Counted from the stretch's first letter, positions 1-14,496 are shown. The stretch: 64,000 bases of DNA from Octopus vulgaris (GCA_951406725.2 OX597815.1:186806001-186870000); one strand, 5' to 3'. Notes: generated by a model from the letters alone, not told the origin. Translations and numbers: made by a program.

Positions 1-80
1 AAAATACGAAGTTATTTTGTACTTTATTATTAGTTGCATAATACATCCTTATGTTTATTATATAAAGCATAACTTATTTG

Positions 81-330
81 TAGAAGCGCGTGGCTTAGTG
101 GTTAGGGTGTCAGCATCATGATCGTAAAATTGTGGTTTCAATTTCTGAACCGGACGACGCGTTGTGTTCTTGAGCAAAACACTTCATTTCACGTTGCTCC
201 AGTTCACTCAGCTAGCAAAAATGCGTAACGCTGCACTGGACTGGCGTCCCGTCCAGCTGGGGAACACATACGCCATTGAAACCGGGAAACTGAGCCCATG
301 AGCCTGGTTAGGCTTTAAAAGGGTGCATTT
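81..330 (+). mobile_element. tRNA-derived SINE, D head + CORE-like/V-like body + tail 1
   Basis: A-box-like TGGCTTAGTGG and B-box-like GTTTCAATTT, then TTGTGTTCTTGAGCAAAACACTT and GGACTGGCGTCCCGTCCAG; near-identical copy at 18056-18287. Domain names are from recall. Confidence 0.85.
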
Positions 331-529
331 ATTTTTTTTATAACTTATCAGTATATTTTTTTCATTATTTAGGCGGAGTATGAATGATCGTGCCTTAGAC
401 ATACACAGGCGCTCCCTAATCGAGTAAAACAATATGCATGATATGCTTGATATTTAGCCATCACCTATGTAGAGAAAGGTGAAATGAACAAAAAGGAAGC
501 AACAACACAAGCGTGCACTTCATATAGAT

Positions 530-1075
530 TTTTGTATAAGAGAGTGACTGGTTTCAACATTGAAAGAGAAATGCTTTGTATATATGTTAGTGCCATCTTG
601 AAGTCTTCGAGGGAAACATACCCATGAATGGTCTTTTAATGGAATGCTGAGCATTTCACATCCAGGCCTTCTTTGAGGTTATTCCAGCTATTTTGGAGTT
701 GTGTGGGAGGTCGTCCGGAACAGCGTCCTTCCTGAGGAGCTCATTGCCGATACGTAGGATGTTGTTTTCTACTCTTCAACAACAGGTTTATACATTTTTG
801 CTGTCTGGGATATACAATACTACATTGAAGGTCGTCTGCACTGATCTCAAGCATCTACCTCTTTCATCTCTTTTCAGGTAGAGCCTGTCAATATTACTGT
901 TTCTGTGAAAATTTCAAGTTGATGTCAGGGTCTTGCGGGTTCTAATTCCTATGGAATGAATTTCCTCTACAGACCAGCCAAGTAATCCAAATATTAGTAT
1001 CAGCACTGGTACTGCGAATGCATTGGGCGATATTGTCTAGCAAGGGCAGAATTCCAAAATTCTGCTTTTACCTTT
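530..1075 (-). pseudogene. Decayed fragment of R4/Dong-like (RLE-clade) non-LTR retrotransposon ORF, post-RT region
   Basis: Manual translation across stops/frameshifts: NAFAVPVLILIFGLLGWSVEEIHSIGIRTRKTLT..NFHRNS..IDRLYLKRDERGRCLRS...KTIHGY; resembles the KTRK.LT..H...DRLY..R..GGRGL and HG motifs of R4/Dong elements. Confidence 0.7.
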
Positions 1076-2091
1076 TTTTTTTTTTACTTTCATCTGGTGA
1101 AATATTCTCGGGTCACTCTATCTTTATTCACAACACCTTCATATCATGTTATATTCAATGCCTTCATATCATGTTATTTTTAATGCCGTCATATCATATG
1201 CTATTATCAATGCCTATGAATTATTGCATACTTTATGTGAAAGAGGAGAGATAGCGAAACCACTGATGTGCAGGCTTGAGATTGGGCCACTGATCTTCTG
1301 CGATCACTAATCAAATAGGAAAATTTCTTTGAGCCAAACTTCATTCTTATGTTTGAAATTGTCGTTATGTTCAGTTGTAAGGAGACTACTTACATCGTTT
1401 TAAATAGCTTAAACGTGCCGTAGTTCCGTTTGTTTCAGCATCATTGTTGGTATTCTTCTTCGCAATTTCAGCCATGATCGTTCCAGCAAGACCCAGTGTG
1501 GCCTCAGATATCTTTTTGTAATCCTGTTTAAATAACGCTACGTTGGGAAATAAAAAGTGCTTCTCATATATAACAAGAGAAATAAACTATTTACTGATTT
1601 AGGTGGAGAGTCGGAATATTTACAGGTGAAAACATTCAAAAAGGTGTCTTCTTAGAAAGGTGTCATGCTTTTATATATGTATGCATCTATGTACGTGTGT
1701 TTATAACATTCATTTAACAATGGGTATGGAAGCGAATACTGCTATAAATATCAACTCGTGATATATCGTACCATAAATCCAGTTGAGAATAGGAAATAAT
1801 TTCAAGAATCGTGAATGCTCCTAGATTAACTTGGCGTTACTGTAAAGATGGTCAGGTTGTTTGGAAACAAGGAGGGGGATGTGGACAGATTTTTCTACCT
1901 TGTTTACAGCAGACAAAACATTTAAAGGTAGAAAGAAGATTAGAACACATTTATACACTCAGTAATTTCCATACGTGAAATGAAAATGAAGTGAAAGAAC
2001 TAACTCAGAGTGGCCAGTGGCATGTATTTGAAAGACAAAAGCGTATTCTTAATATCATACAACATAAATTGTTAAATTATTTATCAATTTC

Positions 2092-2094
<3 letters not shown>

Positions 2095-2159
<65 letters not shown>

Positions 2160-2174
2160 CATATATATATATAC

Positions 2175-2205
<31 letters not shown>

Positions 2206-2284
2206 CATACATACATATATATATATACATACATATATATATATATACATACATATATATATATAATAATACATATATATATAT

Positions 2285-2348
<64 letters not shown>

Positions 2349-2487
2349 GCACGACAATGTAAGGTATAGTTGTCATTATAGATATATATATAAAAGAAGA
2401 AATAAATAGATAGATACATACATACATACATACATACATACATACATACATACATACATACATACATACATACATACATACATACAT
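2095..2487. repeat. Compound (TA)n/(CATA)n microsatellite
   Basis: Directly visible; source of the YIYI/MYVC pseudo-ORFs. Confidence 0.97.
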
Positions 2488-2825
2488 AATGTTATGAGAT
2501 ATGTTTATGCATGCATCGATGTATGTGTATAGATCTGGTTAATTTTTTGAAGTTGTAACTACATTTCTTTGCAGTTCAAAGTTATGTTTTTCTATCGCCT
2601 GAAGGATAATCTCTGCTTTGATATGAGGAATATATATATCTGTAATTTTTTGTGCCTATTTTTTTAAATTATCATGCCCTCTGGTGTGCTTCTTTCTCAT
2701 ATTCTTATCGCCAAATCGCCACAAGTGTTACATTAATTCATTATTCCGCTAGACATATAAACAATGAGTTCTTTGGTCGAAAGAGTAGTCGAATGAGATA
2801 TACTGTAATTATGAATTGAAACATG

Positions 2826-2975
2826 ACTGTGTACTTAAGAGGTTTGCTTGGCAGCTACATGATTTCAGATTTGGTCTCCTTGCGCGGCACATTGATCAAA
2901 AACATTTCTACCTTAGCTTCGCATGGACCAAAACTTTGTAATTAACATTTAATAGGTGTAAAGTATGCGGAAGCC
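2826..2975 (+). mobile_element. Old degenerate SINE-A 5' fragment
   Basis: Diverged match to the SINE-A head (TGCGCGGCACATTG, GACCAAAACTTTGT, GGAAGCCCGT). Confidence 0.55.
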
Positions 2976-3676
2976 CGTTGGACTATTCCTACTCCCGGAT
3001 CACCGATCTCATCCACTGCCTCGTTCAACACTAACCAACTGGTTCTTAACAGAATTACGCAAAGTTTACTCCGTTTTATGTTATTGCAGCTACGTTTCCG
3101 AACTGACGATAACTACATCACTCTTCTTCGCAGAACCTAAAAGGGCTTTTATGCGCTGGCTTTCTTCCAATTACTAACCCATTTAACCCTCCTTTGATTA
3201 ATACATTTACAAAAATCTAGCTTAAAACTTTCTGTTGACATATCCGAACATATTCAAACTGCAAAGTCATTTTAGAGTAACTCTCAGTGTATAACTTCAT
3301 ATATTCATAGCAAAATAATTATTCCACGAACTGTTTTCATATTTGTGCCTTTTCTGATCAGAGAAGCATTTGAATAGTGCATCCAGATTAGCAATAATAT
3401 CTGTTATAGCGTTTTATAAAGGCATTAACGATAAAAAGGAAGATTTGGTTTGTCCAATATATATATATGATACACAACTACGAAGAAAGTTTCGCACCAG
3501 ACTGAGCATCGAGGTACAGTTAGTGTGATACCACTGTGTATTTATACGTCAAAAAGATCGACTATTTCTGATTGACTTCCAAATACTTTTACAATGCATG
3601 CAAATTTTAATCTCACTCCGATTAATAAAGGTGTTTTGGTCCCTTTTTTTAACACTGTCACTTACCACTACGAGTT

Positions 3677-3981
3677 GGTGGAGGCAAATGCCCTAGTAGT
3701 TAGAGCAGCGAACTCGCGGTCGAGGGACTGCATGTTCGAATCTCAGACCGGGCGATGTGTGTGCTTATGAGCGAAACACCTAAGCTTCACGCGGCTCCGG
3801 CAGAAGGTAATGGCGAACTTCTGCTGACTCTTTCGCCACAACTTTCTCTCATTCTTTCCTCCTGCATCTTGCAGCTCACCTGCGACGGACCGGCGTCCCG
3901 TCCAGGTGGGGAACCTATACGCCAAGGAAACCGGGAAACCAGCCCTTATGAGCCAGGGATGGCTCGAGAAGGAACAAACTA
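3677..3981 (+). mobile_element. tRNA-derived SINE, C head, with 10-bp TSD
   Basis: B box GTTCGAATC; ACTACGAGTT on both flanks; near-identical copy at 57866-58178. Confidence 0.9.
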
Positions 3982-4317
3982 ACTACGAGTTTGGCCTATC
4001 ACTTTTAGAATGGTTTAAAAATTCGTACGTTAGATGCAACCAATCTGGAGAGTGGTGAAGTAGTCTACTGCATCATGCTGCGTCGTCGTGTTTGGTTTAA
4101 AGTACCTCAGTAGCACCGAACATGGAGATTCCCTCCTGCAACATCAATTCTGACAAGCAATATAGACGTTGTAAGGAAAAAGAGCGAAGTGATAGTGTAC
4201 GAAGGTGGCGTAACCCTTGTTACCTTCATTCGGCAACTGATGAAAGGAATATCCCGCAGGGCAAACTTTATGTAAGATGTGTACGTGTGCATGTATGTGT
4301 GTATGTATAAATACATG

Positions 4318-4353
4318 CATATATACATACATACATATATGTCTATATATATG

Positions 4354-4437
<84 letters not shown>

Positions 4438-4503
4438 TATATACACATATATATATATATATACTTACATAAATGTATATAAGTACGTGTGTGTCTGTGC
4501 GTG

Positions 4504-4543
<40 letters not shown>

Positions 4544-4605
4544 TATGCAGGTATAATATGTAATATACATATGTAAGTGTGTGTGTGAGAGAGAGAGAGA
4601 GAGCG
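4318..4605. repeat. Compound (TA)n/(GT)n/(GA)n microsatellite
   Basis: Directly visible. Confidence 0.95.
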
Positions 4606-5994
4606 TGAAGATGTATACTTTCATGTTGGTATGGGAATTGATGATATTGGCATTAATAGATTTTTCTTTTTATCTATCTTTATGTAATTGCATGATCAGA
4701 AAAACCAATATGATTCATCGTAATCCCCTCTCACATGAATTTAGCAAGATCAAATGATAGCAATTTGTTAGATTAACACAACAGCAGCACCCTATACGTA
4801 CAGAGAAAATTATTCTAAATTGAATCGTAAGAAAACGCGAATAGGTATATATTTCTAAATGGAAGAACTGGAGATATATTCATGCTTCTGTCAAGTAATA
4901 AAATATATGAAAGAGAAATACGAAAGTAGTGAAGAGGAACAAAACATCCCAGGAAAATTTCAATAGAATTTCTTCCATTCCTCAGAATGTTTTTACTCGG
5001 GTTTTATGAAATTATTTTCTCTTGACATCAAAGCTTTTTATATCGATTATTTTTCTACACGTAAATTAGATGTGCTACCGCTTTAGAAGAAATTAGTATG
5101 TATTTTATTGATGCAAATTTTTTTTTTTCAATATGCCAATGCATTTATGTGAAATACTCACTTCCAAAAGTAAAAGAAACAGGTTTCAAATAAATGCACG
5201 TGCAATTATTTTACACTGAAAGAATGAAACCTACGCTTCCAGTACTCGTTTAACAATGTTGGTGATTTTATTAAATTTGTCTCAAAGTATTTTTACATCT
5301 ATTCTCAAAGTATTTTAACAACTATTCTAACGTCAAATAAACAGCCTAATGATATTAATTTAAAATTATTTATTTCAGCGAACAGTAAGTAACATCCTTA
5401 AAGTTTATAAGTGAGACCAATATAGAAACTCACAAAATAACTTTCTTTATGTTGTACAATATAAATGAGAAAAACATTTACAAATACTAAAATGCGAAAA
5501 CATATTTTCCTTTACATTTATTCTAAATTCATATCGACGAGACACTTTTCCTGAGAAAAATATGTGGCATGTTCTATAACTTTCGTACATTTTGACTGTA
5601 TATGTGTAAAGCAATGGTTTGATAAGAGAAAATAGATTGGATTGCTTTCAATGCGAAGTTCACGTAACAACGATAAAACTGGGTTTTATTGCATGTAAAT
5701 TGTATAGCTTTATCGGAGGAAATTCGGAGACATCGGAAAAATGGTATTAAACAATTTTTAGTAAGATCTTATTTGTTACTGTCTGTGAATATGATTCATG
5801 GTAACTTCGAGTGACATTATAAAGTTTATAAGAGTTCGGAGGCTTCTCAAGTTACTTTCGATATATTTATATTTGAAAACATGAAATAGAAAGCCCTGCA
5901 GAGCAATATGCAATTTCTATTCAAAAGTCATTTCTTGTTTCAGTTCACTTAAAGCAAGCATAAATGTCACAAAATGATCGCATGTAATTTTCAG

Positions 5995-6420
5995 ACATGT
6001 GTGTGTGTATGTCTGTATTTGTTTATGCGTATGTGTGCGTGGATATATTGGAAATACAGAAATATAGACGCATAATATATAGAAATATACATACATACAC
6101 ACACGCACGCACAGACACACAAATACACATACACAAATACATATATAAACATATATACATACATGCACATATGAATTATATAAATGTATCTAAGTATGTA
6201 AATATATGCATATATAAACATATATATGTATAATGTGTGTGCATATGTATTTATTCATGTATATATATACTTATATATATATGTATATATAATGTGTCTA
6301 TGTATATATTTATATTTATATATAATATAATATATATTTATATATATATACCATGTGTGGTGGGGTATGCATATATGAATATATGAAATTTTTGTATGCT
6401 TGTATATATTGTATATATAG
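5995..6420. repeat. Degenerate TA/CA/TG low-complexity tract
   Basis: Directly visible. Confidence 0.85.
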
Positions 6421-6644
6421 TTCACATATAATTTTGATGCCCCTAGACGAGAAAAAGAATTCAAGCTCTTTTTTAAACCAATACAAAATATATTTTGCTT
6501 TCTTCAAGATCTGTTTCTTATGTTTTAGCTTGCCATTTCCTATGCGTTGAAAGATATTGTTTATATCTTTAATATAGTACGAAGCAAATATATGTTACAG
6601 AGACATCTTTGTTGACGCTGTTGTAACTTCCTACTCCATATTCT

Positions 6645-6855
6645 TACCTACTCTAGGTACAAGGCCCGAAAATTTGAGGGAAGAGGCCAGTCTATTAGAT
6701 CAGCTTCAGTGCGCAATTGGTACTCAATTTATCAACCCCGAAAGGATGAAAGGCGAAATCGACCTCGGCGGAATTTGAAATCAGAACGTTAAGACAGACG
6801 GAATACTTCTAAGCATTTCGCCCGGCGTGCGAACGTTTCTACCAGCTCACCGCCA
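6645..6855 (-). mobile_element. SINE-B, alternative tail, 15-bp TSD
   Basis: Core CCCGAAAGGATGAAAGGC..TCGACCTCGGCGGAATTTGAA; TTCCTACTCCATATT on both flanks. Confidence 0.88.
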
Positions 6856-6907
6856 TTTCCTACTCCATATTATACCCCAAGCAATAGTAATTAATAACGT
6901 ACTTTAT

Positions 6908-7100
6908 TCGGTGGCTAGCAGGAAGAATCGCCAAAAGCCAGGCGAAAAGTTTAGCTTAATTTTTTCAAATGACGACGTGGTTGACTTTGCCTTTCGTCCT
7001 TACAGGATTGATGACATAATTACCAGTTGAGCCCTGGGTCGATGTAATCGACTTCCCCCTCCCCGAAAATTGCTGGCCTGTGCCAAAATTTGAAACCATT
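6908..7100 (+). mobile_element. Older SINE-B (B2 tail), head-to-head with the preceding copy
   Basis: GGTTGACTTTGCCTTTCGTCC core and TGTGCCAAAATTTGAAACC tail, as at 41377-41582. Confidence 0.7.
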
Positions 7101-7303
7101 ATAATTACGTTAATGAACAAGAGAGATTGAACACATTTTCTATAGTGAAATTCATTCTCGCGATTTATTCTAAGATCTCTTTCCTACGTAAGCATTTTTT
7201 TACTTGTCTGTAACACATATAAAAAATAGTCCCTGTTGTCTGATTTCAATTTATAAATTTGGTACGGCTTCCTGTTCATATGCGATATGTTTAAAGCAAA
7301 CAA

Positions 7304-7695
7304 TCTCTCTATATATAAAGCTGAAGTTGTCTGTGTATGGCAGGTTTGGTAGCCTTCAACTAACACTATCTCCTCCGAGACCCTGCGGCGCAAGTTCACC
7401 AAAACTGAGAGTATGATAGAAGAAGGCTTGCTCTTCCTTCCGTAGAAGAAAAATTCAAATCAGACCATGTTAACACCAAAACTTATTTACATCAAAAAGG
7501 TGGGGGGGGTTTCTATGGAAATCCCTATTTTTTACAATATTTTGACTGCTGTGTCGCCATTTTTCGGTGTATCTCAACCAGAAAAATGTTCACTCAAAGA
7601 GAATAACAAGCTACATAATGCAAAATTTTCACTTTTCAAAAATTCCTATTCTAAAGTGTCGAAACAAACCCGAGCAACGCCGGTGATACTGCTAG
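7304..7695 (+). mobile_element. Non-autonomous Helitron, copy 1
   Basis: 5' TC, 3' CTAG, subterminal hairpin CCCGAGCAACGCCGG, A|T site, no TSD; four closely similar copies in window. Confidence 0.9.
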
Positions 7696-10600
7696 TATAT
7701 AAATAAATGGTTTTTAATATCGAACAATAAAGCCAAAATTCGCAAAATATATTGTGAAGTATCTAAAACTCTCCAAAATAAATCTATATTTAGAAGTGTT
7801 TTAGATATTCGACTGTAAGTATGCCTTTTTGAAAGTCGTCTTTATATTCAAAATGTTATTCGATAGTAAACCAAGTTTCTAGTCATCGAATTTCTAACAC
7901 TAGTATAATGAAACATAGATAACTACAACTGACAGATCCGTAATAAAAACATTGGGATAAGATATAAATGCTTATTTTAGTCATGGCGTTTGGTGCTCTA
8001 AGAGGGAATTTCTTTCCAACTAATTCGGCTCAAGGTATTATTTGCTAAGTTAAAATTTAATTTACAGATCTTGTCGTTTTAAATTTATTCAGAAATTCGT
8101 CTTGCTTCAAACAGACACAAATTGCATTTCATTTCAGTTCTAAACTAAATATGAGCCTTACACTTGAACGTTGTTGTAATATCCAACCCTAAGCTGTAAC
8201 TACGTCATTCATCATATTTAGATTGTTGTATAAAACGCGAAAACTAAATTAAATCCTATAATGTGAGAATGACTGGAATATAATGGAAACGGGGAAATTT
8301 TCAAGTATAAAATTATTTCTGACAAGTTATTAGTTCAAAATCTTAAAGTAAAAAAAAATGCTTAATTTCCTCTTTTGCGTTGAACATAATAATCATCGAC
8401 AACTTATCAATTGAATTTTTACATGCTTAGAAAAGTATAAAATATATCTTCTTTACGACTATAAAACTCTGCACTTCGTAATTTTCGCTTTACATTATAT
8501 ATACTTGGATCAGTTTCTCAATATTGATCAGATGCATAAACAATGTGAATCATACGCATAATGAATAAGATATTATATTGTGTGATACCCATGCATTTCT
8601 CTAGAGCAAAATATGTCTCATCTGATTAATGGCGTGACGATCAAATTTTGTGTCAGGCTTTGTCGATAGGTGAGAATGTGTGTGAACCAAGGAACAAAGA
8701 CTTTGAATGGAGAATCGCTCGTGTCTTGAAAGCGAAATAAATCAAACTTCAACCAAAAACATAGCAACTTTCATTGATAGCGCCACTGCCGCCACTGATG
8801 GACAGACATCTAACGACATCTTGAAACATGTAGCAGATATAATTTCTTCCCTAATACGAAGAATTCTTAATAAACCGAGATGAAATCTGCAGTATTAGCA
8901 TATGAATAGTTTTGCTTTCTCTACTAGCGAGTCTTTGGACAATTATCTGTAACTCTAGATTATATCTGTTGCGCTGTCGATGTTTGTCAATTAGAAAATG
9001 TTTATAACTCCTGTCGTTTTAATTATACTGGAGAGATTTAATGATTGCTACTCATTTGTTGTCATTCCGCTTGAAACTTTTGCTTGAAGTAGGAGTAAAT
9101 TAGAGATGACGTTTTTTGTTTCATTTCAGTTATTTTTCTTTGGCATCGGCCTTTGCATTTTTTGCGATGTTTCTGTGTCAGCAATTGCATAAATTTAAAT
9201 ATTTATGACACATCGGTTAACTATTTCCGCGTTCATTCAAGATTTTTTTTAAAATTCAGTTTTAAAAGAAATTTCAGCCTGCTGATTTTATACAGAATTT
9301 TGTTCTTGTCAGGATGGTGATCACGTAGTCGTGCCAAGAACTAGCACTTGTTTCAATAGTGACAAATCTTTGGTGGCGGGGATCGAGTTTATTTTCGTTT
9401 ATTTCATGTCTAAAATATTTTCATTTCATCTAACGACACTATCTTAATTTTGCTTAATCTGGCAATTCTCATCTCCCTCTTGAGATAACGTTTTGAATTC
9501 AATCTGCTAAGACCTGTCTAGATATTAGATGAACTTAATTTGGGACATTTGACAGCGAATTTGAAACTATACAGTTATGGAATAACAGGTAATATTTCAA
9601 TCTAAATTGCATGACCTTGTCATCACTGATTTGAAACACAATAAAGTAAACTTCGCACTGACGGAAGTCATATGCTTGCCGTTTCTCCATAATCGTGTTA
9701 CTGATGACACAACATAAATTATGATAGAGTCCGTTCCCATTTTGAGACTGTTAACTGTAAGTTTATTTTATCAGTAGCTGTATTACATATGAACGTCGGA
9801 TTACGTTTTCCGTCGCCAGTAAATCAATTTTAATGGCATTCGTTTCCAAAGAATCTTAAGCCTGAAATAATTTTTTCCTTCTTTTGCTTGCTTACGTATA
9901 TATTATATAATTTAATAAACATTCATGTTTTATTTATGATATTCATTTTAGTTAAAATGCAAAAAAGTCGAGACTAAATTACGTTCAGTTCTTAATTTCG
10001 TCCCCGTACTTTCAAGACAATATGGCCGATGTTTGAAACAGAAACAAAATGGTGTAGTGAGTGATGAGATGCAGATCGGTGTTTAGTGTAGTCTCTTTAC
10101 TATCTTAGCTTGTTTTCTAAGTTTTCTCCTGAAGCGCCAACAAACACCGATTTTACTTTTATTTTTACAATCTGGTTTATACCAGACCCTGGAATTTTTA
10201 AATAAACATGTCTTTACAACTTCTAGCGCAATTTCGCATTGAATTCCATATTGTTTCAAATTGAAATAGTAAGTAATGCTATCGTACATTTTGATATACG
10301 TTATTATATGCCTCATCACATATCATTGTTTTTATTTTGCATTTTACATTTATTAACTCCAGTGGTGGTTTTCCAACAAATAGCTTGTTTTTCAATAAAT
10401 ATAAACTATATGCTTGTATATATTCTAACGGCGTGGGGTTTGATTGATCTTGCGCCCACTATTATGCTGGATTCTTTAAATATATCAGCGCACTCGTATG
10501 TTTGTCTTTTGATACAGTCTTTCATGCAAATTTGGCTTGTGGGTTTGCATCAGTTTCTATTTGATGTAATTCATTATGTTCACAGACTATTCTTCCATTA

Positions 10601-11453
10601 GATTTTCTTTCATGTTATGTAGGCTTTTATGTATATTCGGAATAAGATGATGAAATTTTCTGTTTATATGTTGCTGATATAAATTTAACGTTTTTTTTTT
10701 TACATATGAAGTAAAAACCAATATTCTCTTTTGACTAAAATGTACTGCCATGGATTTTACTGTCTACCAGGACTATACAGTTCTCTTATCGAAAGATAAA
10801 ACGAACGAATAGTATATATAAAGAAAACCATGCATTACAAATGAAATGTTTATAAAGAAAATCATGAATTACAAATTAAAAGTGAATAAATACAATTACA
10901 CATAGCAAATAGTTGGATGTTAAATGCATCAACTCTGATTAGTAAGACGTTTGATGCACACATTTAGAAGTTATTTTCATGAAACTAAACTGTTATGTTA
11001 TAAACTTTCATGTCGACTACAGTACTTACAATTATGACGGCAACGTTAACTGTCCTATATTTACTGGAAAACATTACAAAGAGACTACTGTACATATTAT
11101 CAGATAAAAAAAATGCACTCACATTCTAGCTATTTCGTTTGGATATCAACCAACTACAACCTACTATTATCTCGTGGAATATAGTTACCATTCAGTATAG
11201 TTTATGCAATATTTTATTTTATAGATTTATGCCATACTAAATGTCATATTTTATTATATCGTTTATCACATGATTTGAATATATTATCAAGCATTTATAT
11301 TAGAAAATATACAGTAAATTAATACAAACACCCTTCTAATTTGAAATGTGAGTTAAATAGTAAACACTGACATACCATTGGCATATATCTCTTCTAATCC
11401 TTTCGCTAAATTACAAGTTCCCTATATAAATTTGTTAGTGGTTTAGACAATAA

Positions 11454-11843
11454 TCTATATATATAAAGCTGAAGTTGTCTGTGTATGGCAGGTTCGGTAG
11501 CCTTCAGCTAACACTATCTCCTCCGAGACCCTGCGGCGCAAGTTGACCAAAATTGAGAGTATGACAGACGAAGACTTGCTCTTCGTTCCGGTGAAGAAAA
11601 GATTCAAATCGGACCATGTTAACACCAAAAATTATTTACATCAAAAAGGTGCTTTTTTTCTATGAAAATCCCTATTTTTTACAATTTTTTGACTGCTGTG
11701 TCGCCATTTTTCGGTGTATTTCAACCAGAAAAATGTTCACTTAAAGAAAATAACAAGCTACATAATGCAAACGTTTTACTTTTCAAAAATTCCAATCCTA
11801 AAGGGTCGAAACAAACCCGAGCAACGCTGGGTGATACTGCTAG
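11454..11843 (+). mobile_element. Non-autonomous Helitron, copy 2
   Basis: Same sequence and termini as copy 1. Confidence 0.9.
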
Positions 11844-11962
11844 TGAGGTTATAAAATTAGTTTTCAGAACCCAAATGGTACGATAGTTACCTCTTAAGAT
11901 ATCTACGATTGTTTAATAAATAGTACCCCTTTTCTCTTTTCCCTTCTTTTGCAATTTTTTGT

Positions 11963-11966
<4 letters not shown>

Positions 11967-12013
<47 letters not shown>

Positions 12014-12022
12014 TCTCTCTTT
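11967..12022. repeat. (CT)n microsatellite
   Basis: Directly visible. Confidence 0.97.
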
Positions 12023-12287
12023 CTTTCTTTACTTCTTCCAATGTAATATTTTATCCTTGGGATTACATTCTTTCCGTGAAACAGCTCTGCTCATAACATT
12101 GGAATATTATTCTTTTGACACTCTCCTATTATTACACATTTTGCTGTATATTTTATATATTAATGTGACGATGGTTTTATTAATCATGGAACAGTCCATT
12201 CGTTCAAAACCATGGGTAAAAATCAGCGAAAATTCCTTACCGAATGATTTTACTCTTCAAACTTTATTAGTAAAACATCACCTATAA

Positions 12288-12430
12288 TACAGTTCTATAT
12301 TTAAGAGATGAGGAACTATGTACATTATTTACATTATTTATATTTGCCGGATATTTGTCCTCATCTTGATTGTTGTTAACACAGCGTTTCGGCTGATGAG
12401 AATCTGGGTTCTCATTCCTAAGGTTTTTTT
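12288..12430 (-). mobile_element. Short repeat with 3' half of a minimal hammerhead motif (Penelope pLTR-like)
   Basis: Reverse-complement match to 44845-44992; minus strand reads CAGCC-GAAA-CG-CT-GTGTT. Confidence 0.65.
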
Positions 12431-12530
12431 CCTAGACGTAGTAGAAGATGCTGCCCTCCGAAAGTAATGAGCCGCCATGATCGTAAACGCGCATAGACAC
12501 TTGTAACGGCTCTAATATTCTAATGAACTT

Positions 12531-12950
12531 ACTCTTTTACTCTCTTTTACTTGTTTCAGTCATTTGACTGTGACCATGCTGGAGCACCACCTTTTAGTCG
12601 AGCAAATCGACACCAAGACTTATTTTTTGTAAGCCTAGTACTTATTCTATCGGTCTCTTTTGCCGAACCGCTAAGTTACGGGGACGTAAACACACCAGCA
12701 TCGGTTGTCAAGCGATGTTGGGGGGGGGCAAACACAGACACACAAACATATACACATACACATACATATATAAATACATATATACGACGGGCTTCTTTCA
12801 GTTTCCGTCTACGAAATCCACTCACAAGGCTTTGGTCGGCCCGAGGCTATAGTAGAAGACACTTGCCCAAGGTGCGACGCAGTGGGACTGAACCCGGAAC
12901 CATGTGGTTCGTAAGCAAGCTTCTTACCACACAGCCACTCCTACGTCTAT
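12531..12950 (-). mobile_element. SINE-A, full length
   Basis: tRNA-like head (TGGCTGTGTGG, GGTTCAGTCC), CORE-like ACCTTGGGCAAGT, internal TA/TG tract, (GTAAAAGA)n tail; more than ten copies in window. Confidence 0.93.
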
Positions 12951-13817
12951 AACTTTGTAATAATTATAAAAATTTAATTTAAAATGATGATGCTATATTT
13001 TCACAAACATTATAACCTTTACAAAACACTGACAGAATTATATATAACTATCATTCTTCTAGAGGGTATATAAAGATATCGTTAACTTTCAGTCTAACAA
13101 CTGTTTCAATTTCACGTTCTGTCTTAAGCAACGTAAGATAAATCATTACTTCCAGCCTGTTCCTGTTTTAAAACTTTTATTCTCACTCACTTTCACTTTC
13201 TTTGTTTGCCATTTGAAGCTGAGTAGATGCCTCATCTTACCACTTATTTTTATTGAACTTTTCCTACAATCACTCTCTATTTGCCATTTGACAGCCTCCT
13301 CCATACACACTATTTCGTTTGCGTGACATTTAATACACATTGCCAATTACTATCTAAGGTAAACAACAGCTCAATATGGTCTAGAATTTTTCTTTCCGTG
13401 TAGATTCAGTTGCTATGATTTATAATGAAAAGTAAACGTTTTGTCTTTCTCAGTGATGTCAAATTAGAAATTTTACTATGACATTTTTTTTTTCAATTCA
13501 ATTTTCCAATTCATCATTTTACTTCCAACTATATTCACTCATATAAAAAAAAAACGTTTTCCTTTTCCTTGCTTTCAAATAATTGAAAACATTCTCGTTA
13601 TTATCTTCGGCTATCAATTTCTTCATCTTTACCATGATAATCATTATCACCTATATAAATGTTTTCACTAAAGAAGAACGGGACATTTACACTGAAAGTT
13701 ATATTATATCTAAAAAAAAAACTATTTCTTAAGAATGCATCACAATACAATTTAGAATGATGTTATAATGATTTTTTTTTATCATTTGCATCCTTATACT
13801 CAGAATAGGAACGATTA

Positions 13818-14203
13818 GGCACAGGAGTTGCTGTGTGGTAAGTAACTTGCTTACCAACTACATGGTTCTGGGTTCAGTCCCACTGCGTAGCACCTTGGGC
13901 AAGTGTCTTCTACTATAGCCTCGGGCCGACCAAAGCCTTGTGAGTAGATTTGGTAGACGGAAACTGAAACAAGCCCGTCGTATATATACATATGTATATA
14001 TGTATGTGTATATATGTTTGTCCCCCCAACATCGCTTGACAACCGGTGCTGGTGTTTTACGTCCCCGTAACTTAGCGGTTCGGCAAAAGTAACTGATAGA
14101 ATACGTACTAGGCTTACAAAGAATAACTCCTGGGGTCGAATTGCTCAATTAAAGGCGGTGCTCCAGTATGGCCGCAGTCAAATGACTGTAACAAGTAAAA
14201 GAG
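13818..14203 (+). mobile_element. SINE-A, full length
   Basis: Colinear with other SINE-A copies. Confidence 0.93.
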
Positions 14204-14249
14204 GTAAGGAACCGATGCTATGTAATGGGTGTATTTCTTTTATTGTTTT

Positions 14250-14438
14250 ATTCTTTTATTTCTTTCAGTCATTTGACTGCGGCCATGCTGGAGCACCGCC
14301 TTTAGTCGAACAAATCGACCCCAGGACTTATTCTTTGTAAGCCTATTATTTAGCGGTTCGGTCTGTTTTGCCGAACCGCTAAGTTACGGGGACGTGAACA
14401 TCGGTTGTCAAGCGATGGTGTGGGGGAGGGACAAACAT

Positions 14439-14496
<58 letters not shown>

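Noticed and set aside
1991-2487. YIYI/MYVC-type ORFs here and at 4.1-4.6, 22.4, 32.0, 36.4, 38.2 and 54.8 kb
   Set aside because: Stop-free simple repeats, not proteins.
4236-4270. CTGATGA followed by a small GGA/TCC stem, hammerhead-like
   Set aside because: No correctly placed GAAA or stem I partner.
12551-12952. Recurrent peptide [29 protein letters not shown], suggesting a gene family
   Set aside because: It is the antisense translation of SINE-A; copies have Pol III boxes and frame-breaking indels.
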